Positions 60,257 through 64,000 of a stretch of 64,000 nt of DNA are shown piece after piece. Each line of letters opens with the position of its first letter. The stretch's first letter is position 1. This stretch comes from Candidatus Eiseniibacteriota bacterium. Lineage in GTDB: Bacteria; Eisenbacteria; RBG-16-71-46; CAVPCR01. The stretch is taken from NCBI GenBank assembly GCA_963823555.1, contig CAWGMA010000001.1, positions 1,824,001 through 1,888,000 on the forward strand, in the 5' to 3' direction. The position numbers were made by a program, and so were the translations under genes. The notes below the pieces were generated by a model that saw only the letters and a list, made by a program, of their open reading frames with translations, did not search any database and had not been told where the DNA came from.

Positions 60257-61846
60257 TCAGGAAATGCTCGACTCCGTTGTTCCGGTTGCTGGTCGCTCCT
60301 CTTCCTCCGTGATCGCTGTCCTGTCGTCGCCCGCGGGCCGCTCCTCCTCGCCGCCACCGGCATCAGGCAAGCTGGCCTCGTCCTCAGCGATCTCGGGTGG
60401 AGTCCCAGCGCCGGGCTCCTCACCGACCCTTGGTTCTCGAGAGGCCGCTGACTCCTCGGGAGCCATGGGTTCTTCGGGCGCCTCTGGATCTTCAGGCGCA
60501 TAGGGCTCCTCGAGAGCGGCACCTTCCTCCAGCACTGCGGTCTCTTCGGCGACCTCGGCCGAGCGCTCGCTCATGAGGCCTTCGACTTCAACGGCACGCT
60601 GAGCCAATGCCTCGCGGGCCAGAGCCAGCAGCTTCTCGGCCGTCTTGTCGCCGATCCCGGGCAGCTCGACCAGCGCCGAGAGATCGGCAGCAGCAAGATC
60701 CGCAGCGGTCTCGATCCCCGCCTTGATCAGACTCTCGGCCAGCTTCTCGCCCACACCGGCAAGATGCTCGATCTCGATGCGCATCAGCTGCTCGACCTCC
60801 GAGCGGTGCTCGACCTCCCCCTCGCTCATGAGATCGATCCTCATGCCGGTCAACTTGGCAGCCAGGCGCGCATTCTGACCACCCTTGCCGATGGCAAGAG
60901 AGAGCTGGTCGTCCTCGACCACCACGCACATCTCGTTGCCGCTCCCGGTGATGGACACCTGCTTGACCTTGGCCGGCGACAGGGCCCGTCCGACATAGAC
61001 GATCGGATCGGTGCTCCAGGGTACGATATCGATGCGCTCTCCGTTGAGCTCACGAACGATGGACTGCACGCGCGAGCCCTTGATCCCGACACAAGCACCG
61101 ACCGGATCGACCTTGTCGTCGTGTGAGATGACGGCAATCTTGGCGCGCATGCCTGGCTCGCGAGCGACAGCACGAATCTCAACGATCTGATCGGCGATCT
61201 CCGGCACCTCGGCTTCGAACAGACGGAGCAGAAAGTCGGTCGAGGTCCGAGACAAGATGATCTGCGGGCCCTTGGCATTCTTGTCCACCGTCATGATGAG
61301 GGCCTTCAGGTGTTCGCCCTGACGGTAGCGGTCGCGGGTGATCTGCTCGCGCGGCGGCAGCACTGCCTCGGCGCGCTCGAGCTTGACGATCACCGAGCCG
61401 CGATCGACCTGCTGAACGATGCCGGTCACCAGCTCGCCCACCCGATCGTGGTAGTCATCGAAGACACGATCCCGTTCGGCTTCTCGCACACGCTGAATCA
61501 GGACCTGCTTCGCCGCCTGAATGGCGTTGCGTCCGAACTCGGCGATCGGCAGGTCCATGGTCAGGATATCGCCGACCCGGGCATCCGGGCGGATGGCTGC
61601 GGCCTCGTGCAAGGGAATCTGCAACCCGGGATCCGTCGCCTCCTCGACCACTTCCATGTTCGCGTACATACGAATCTTCCCCGACTCCTCATCGAAATCG
61701 ACGCGGACATCGGCGGCGGCGCCCAGCTTCTTCTTGGCCGCGGAGATCAGACCGGCAGTCAGCGTCTCGATCAGCACTTGCCGATCAACGCTCTTCTCGC
61801 GCGCGATCTGCCCGAGGGCCTCCATCAACTCAACGTTCATCGTCAT
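60257..61846 (-). CDS. nusA: Transcription factor NusA with acidic C-terminal tail
   Basis: FGRNAIQAAKQ, AREPG.RAK, DPVGACVG, SLAIGKGGQNARLA. Confidence 0.97.
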   Translation of the reverse strand: MTMNVELMEALGQIAREKSVDRQVLIETLTAGLISAAKKKLGAAADVRVDFDEESGKIRMYANMEVVEEATDPGLQIPLHEAAAIRPDARVGDILTMDLPIAEFGRNAIQAAKQVLIQRVREAERDRVFDDYHDRVGELVTGIVQQVDRGSVIVKLERAEAVLPPREQITRDRYRQGEHLKALIMTVDKNAKGPQIILSRTSTDFLLRLFEAEVPEIADQIVEIRAVAREPGMRAKIAVISHDDKVDPVGACVGIKGSRVQSIVRELNGERIDIVPWSTDPIVYVGRALSPAKVKQVSITGSGNEMCVVVEDDQLSLAIGKGGQNARLAAKLTGMRIDLMSEGEVEHRSEVEQLMRIEIEHLAGVGEKLAESLIKAGIETAADLAAADLSALVELPGIGDKTAEKLLALAREALAQRAVEVEGLMSERSAEVAEETAVLEEGAALEEPYAPEDPEAPEEPMAPEESAASREPRVGEEPGAGTPPEIAEDEASLPDAGGGEEERPAGDDRTAITEEEERPATGTTESSIS

Positions 61847-62342
61847 CCGTCTGCTCTCTAGCCTTTCCCTTCCAGGGATCGCGCTTGAGATGGGCGCTGG
61901 CAATCTCCGAATACGGGATACACTGGCTCGGACCACCTTCGGTCTCGAGAGTCACCGACTCCTCGTCGGAATCTCCGATCGTGCCGCGGATCTGCTGACC
62001 TCCTCGTTCCCTTGCTAGCTTCACGACGGCCGTCTCCCCCCGGAAGCGGCGGTAGTGCACCGGCCGCTTGAGCGGTCGGTCGACCCCCGGCGAGGACACC
62101 TCGAGCGAGAAGCGACCGGTCAGGAGCCGATCCAGATCAACGCCGTCCTGGATGGCGCGTGATGCCCGCGTGCAATCGCCGAGAGTCACCGCGGCCAGCC
62201 CGTCTTCGTGATCGATGAAGATCTGGACGCTCAGGCTCCCGCCGCGTGGCACGAGCTTGAGATCGATCAGCTCGAACCCCGCCCGTGCCAGCGCGGACTC
62301 GATTGAACCCGCGAGTTCATCCCGATTGAGTCCCGGCACCAT
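61830..62342 (-). CDS. rimP: Ribosome maturation factor RimP
   Basis: LEVSSPGVDRPL; directly upstream of nusA. Confidence 0.93.
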   Translation of the reverse strand: MVPGLNRDELAGSIESALARAGFELIDLKLVPRGGSLSVQIFIDHEDGLAAVTLGDCTRASRAIQDGVDLDRLLTGRFSLEVSSPGVDRPLKRPVHYRRFRGETAVVKLARERGGQQIRGTIGDSDEESVTLETEGGPSQCIPYSEIASAHLKRDPWKGKAREQTDDDER

Positions 62343-62570
62343 CGCTCTCTTTGCGCTCACGCGTCCGAACAGCTTCGTCCCGGGTCCAACCAAGAAGCCC
62401 CGGTCAAGGTGGTCTCGTTCCCGGCGTTGCCGGTCTGCCACCCCGCGGGGCTTGCCGCTCGAAACCTACGTGTCGATACCGAGCGGGGTCATCCCCCTCC
62501 CGATGCCCGCCCGACCGGCAACGGACACCGGCGAGAACAGGAGAGCCGCCCGCTGACCCCAAGACGACGA

Positions 62571-62593
62571 AGAGTGGACCGCCCGCCCACTCT
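62571..62593 (-). promoter_or_regulatory. rimP-leader-like hairpin
   Basis: AGAGTGG-GCGGGCGGT-CCACTCT just after the predicted start site; resembles the GAGTGG/CCACTC hairpin seen before rimP-nusA operons. Confidence 0.55.
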
Positions 62594-62605
62594 CGCGAAC
62601 AAAAG

Positions 62606-62634
62606 ACCCTAATCCCAATACGCGCAGCATTCAA
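62606..62634 (-). promoter_or_regulatory. Sigma70 promoter of the rimP-nusA-infB operon
   Basis: TTGAAT-17 nt-TAGGGT. Confidence 0.5.
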
Positions 62635-62704
62635 GCGCAAAAGCGGGCCGGCGGTGGCAGCGGGGCCCGAAGTCCCGGTCCGGCTGTCCTCAGATGCGGG
62701 GTAA

Positions 62705-63553
62705 CTACCTGTCTCGGGCCGGGTTGCTCTGTCTCCGGGATCGCGGTCGAGCCGCCGTCATTCCCCGCCACAGGTGGTCGGGAGGCGAGGATCCGCGACC
62801 CAATCGCGGCGCGGCCGCAATGGCCCCCTCCAAGTAGCCCTTGGCCTCGGCGATCGCCTCCTCGAGCGGGCGGCCGAGGCCAAGGAGAGCGGTGATGGCC
62901 GCAGACAACGTGCATCCCGTGCCATGAGTCGAGAGCCGGGGCAACCGATGACCGAGGAATCGCGTGAGGCCGGTCGGTGCGATGAGGATGTCGACCGGTG
63001 CCCCGCGCAGGTGCCCTCCCTTGACCAGGACGGCGGCACCGCTGGCCACGGCGATCCGGTAGGCGGCGCGCGCCATCTCGCGCTCGTTGCGCACCGGCAT
63101 CCCGGCAAGCACGGCGGCCTCGGCCATGTTCGGCGTCACCAGAGTGGCGAGTGGAAGCAGATGGCGCTTCACGCCTTGAATGGCGGCGGCAGCGAGCAAT
63201 CGATCCCCGGACTTGGCGACCATCACCGGATCGACCACCAGGGGGCGAAGTTGGTGCTTCCGGACGGCATGGACCACGGCGCGCACGATCGGCGCCGATC
63301 CGAGCATCCCGGTCTTGGCGGCGTCGACACCGATGTCTTCGGCAACCGCCGCGATCTGTGCGGCGACCAGAGTCGGTCTCAGGAGCTGCACGCCACGGAC
63401 CTCGCGGGTGTTCTGCGCCGTCGCGGCGGTGATGGCACTCATACCGAAACAGCCAAAGGCGGCAAAGGTCTTGAGGTCAGCCTGGATGCCGGCGCCACCG
63501 CCCGAGTCGGAGCCGGCGATCGTCAGGAGCCGCGGACGAAGGGGTGTCGGCAT
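62705..63553 (-). CDS. thiD: HMP/HMP-P kinase
   Basis: [42 protein letters not shown]. Confidence 0.96.
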   Translation of the reverse strand: MPTPLRPRLLTIAGSDSGGGAGIQADLKTFAAFGCFGMSAITAATAQNTREVRGVQLLRPTLVAAQIAAVAEDIGVDAAKTGMLGSAPIVRAVVHAVRKHQLRPLVVDPVMVAKSGDRLLAAAAIQGVKRHLLPLATLVTPNMAEAAVLAGMPVRNEREMARAAYRIAVASGAAVLVKGGHLRGAPVDILIAPTGLTRFLGHRLPRLSTHGTGCTLSAAITALLGLGRPLEEAIAEAKGYLEGAIAAAPRLGRGSSPPDHLWRGMTAARPRSRRQSNPARDR

Positions 63554-63579
63554 GAGGCTCGTCCTCCATCGGGGTGAGA

Positions 63580-63999
63580 TCACTGGCGCCCGGGAAGCCA
63601 GGGTGGAGACTGCCACATTGCTGGAGGCGTGGAAAAGGCGAACTCGCGGTACCCGGGTGGCACCTCCGCTGCTCCGGAGACGGGACGGTCACAGGGGACG
63701 ATAGCGACAGCGCAATCGCGGCACTCGCCGGCGGCTGCCATCCCCGCCATCACAGCCGCCGGTGGTGGGCTCTCGCCGCCGACGTACTCGTAGATCCAGT
63801 ATTCGGTGACCGCGGTGACGGCACGAACGATGACCGCGCCGTGGCGATACTCGTAGTCGAGGATGTAGTCAGGGCTCCGGGTCACGATCTCGTAGAGGAG
63901 CCGGAGCGCCACCGGGCTACCGAACACGAGCACTCTTCGCTCGGCCGTCGAGGCCAGTTGGCGCGCGTAGGCCAGTTCCAGATCGACACGCCGCCGGAC
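63580..63999 (-). CDS. Hypothetical protein, C-terminal fragment
   Basis: Frame is open from the window edge to the stop at 63580, with protein-like composition ([13 protein letters not shown]...TEYWIYEY). Confidence 0.55.
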   Translation of the reverse strand, partial: VRRRVDLELAYARQLASTAERRVLVFGSPVALRLLYEIVTRSPDYILDYEYRHGAVIVRAVTAVTEYWIYEYVGGESPPPAAVMAGMAAAGECRDCAVAIVPCDRPVSGAAEVPPGYREFAFSTPPAMWQSPPWLPGRQ

Positions 64000-64000
64000 C

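Noticed and set aside
63554..63700. TPP riboswitch before thiD
   Set aside because: Upstream CDS ends 26 nt before thiD and no CUGAGA core is present

Overview
High-GC bacterial chromosome segment with no mobile element or CRISPR array. Three secreted proteins share a FlgD-Ig/T9SS-like C-terminal domain, which suggests an FCB-related lineage such as Eisenbacteria (inference). Left end: a partial hybrid histidine kinase, a secreted deiminase, tRNA-Gly(GCC), lysC, a BtpA protein, a metallophosphoesterase, a radical SAM enzyme, an FG-GAP protein and galT-glgA. Centre (14.4-43.4 kb): a ~29 kb Wzx/Wzy-type surface polysaccharide locus with wza, wzz, a BY-kinase lacking the Walker A lysine, wzy, a frameshifted wzx, six GT4s, a GT39-like protein, a priming GT, an AlgD-like dehydrogenase and a heparinase-like protein. 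It also carries many putative tailoring enzymes: two methyltransferases, a methyltransferase-kinase fusion, radical SAM, DUF362 and a CapK-like ligase. Right end: the conserved rimP-nusA-infB-DUF503-rbfA-nrnA-truB-ribF-rpsO-pnp-M16-dapF block and thiD. The most striking non-coding signal is a ~400 nt leader between a near-consensus sigma70 promoter and the priming GT, which can fold into a long strand-specific stem. All calls come from motif recognition by eye; no searches or folding programs were run.
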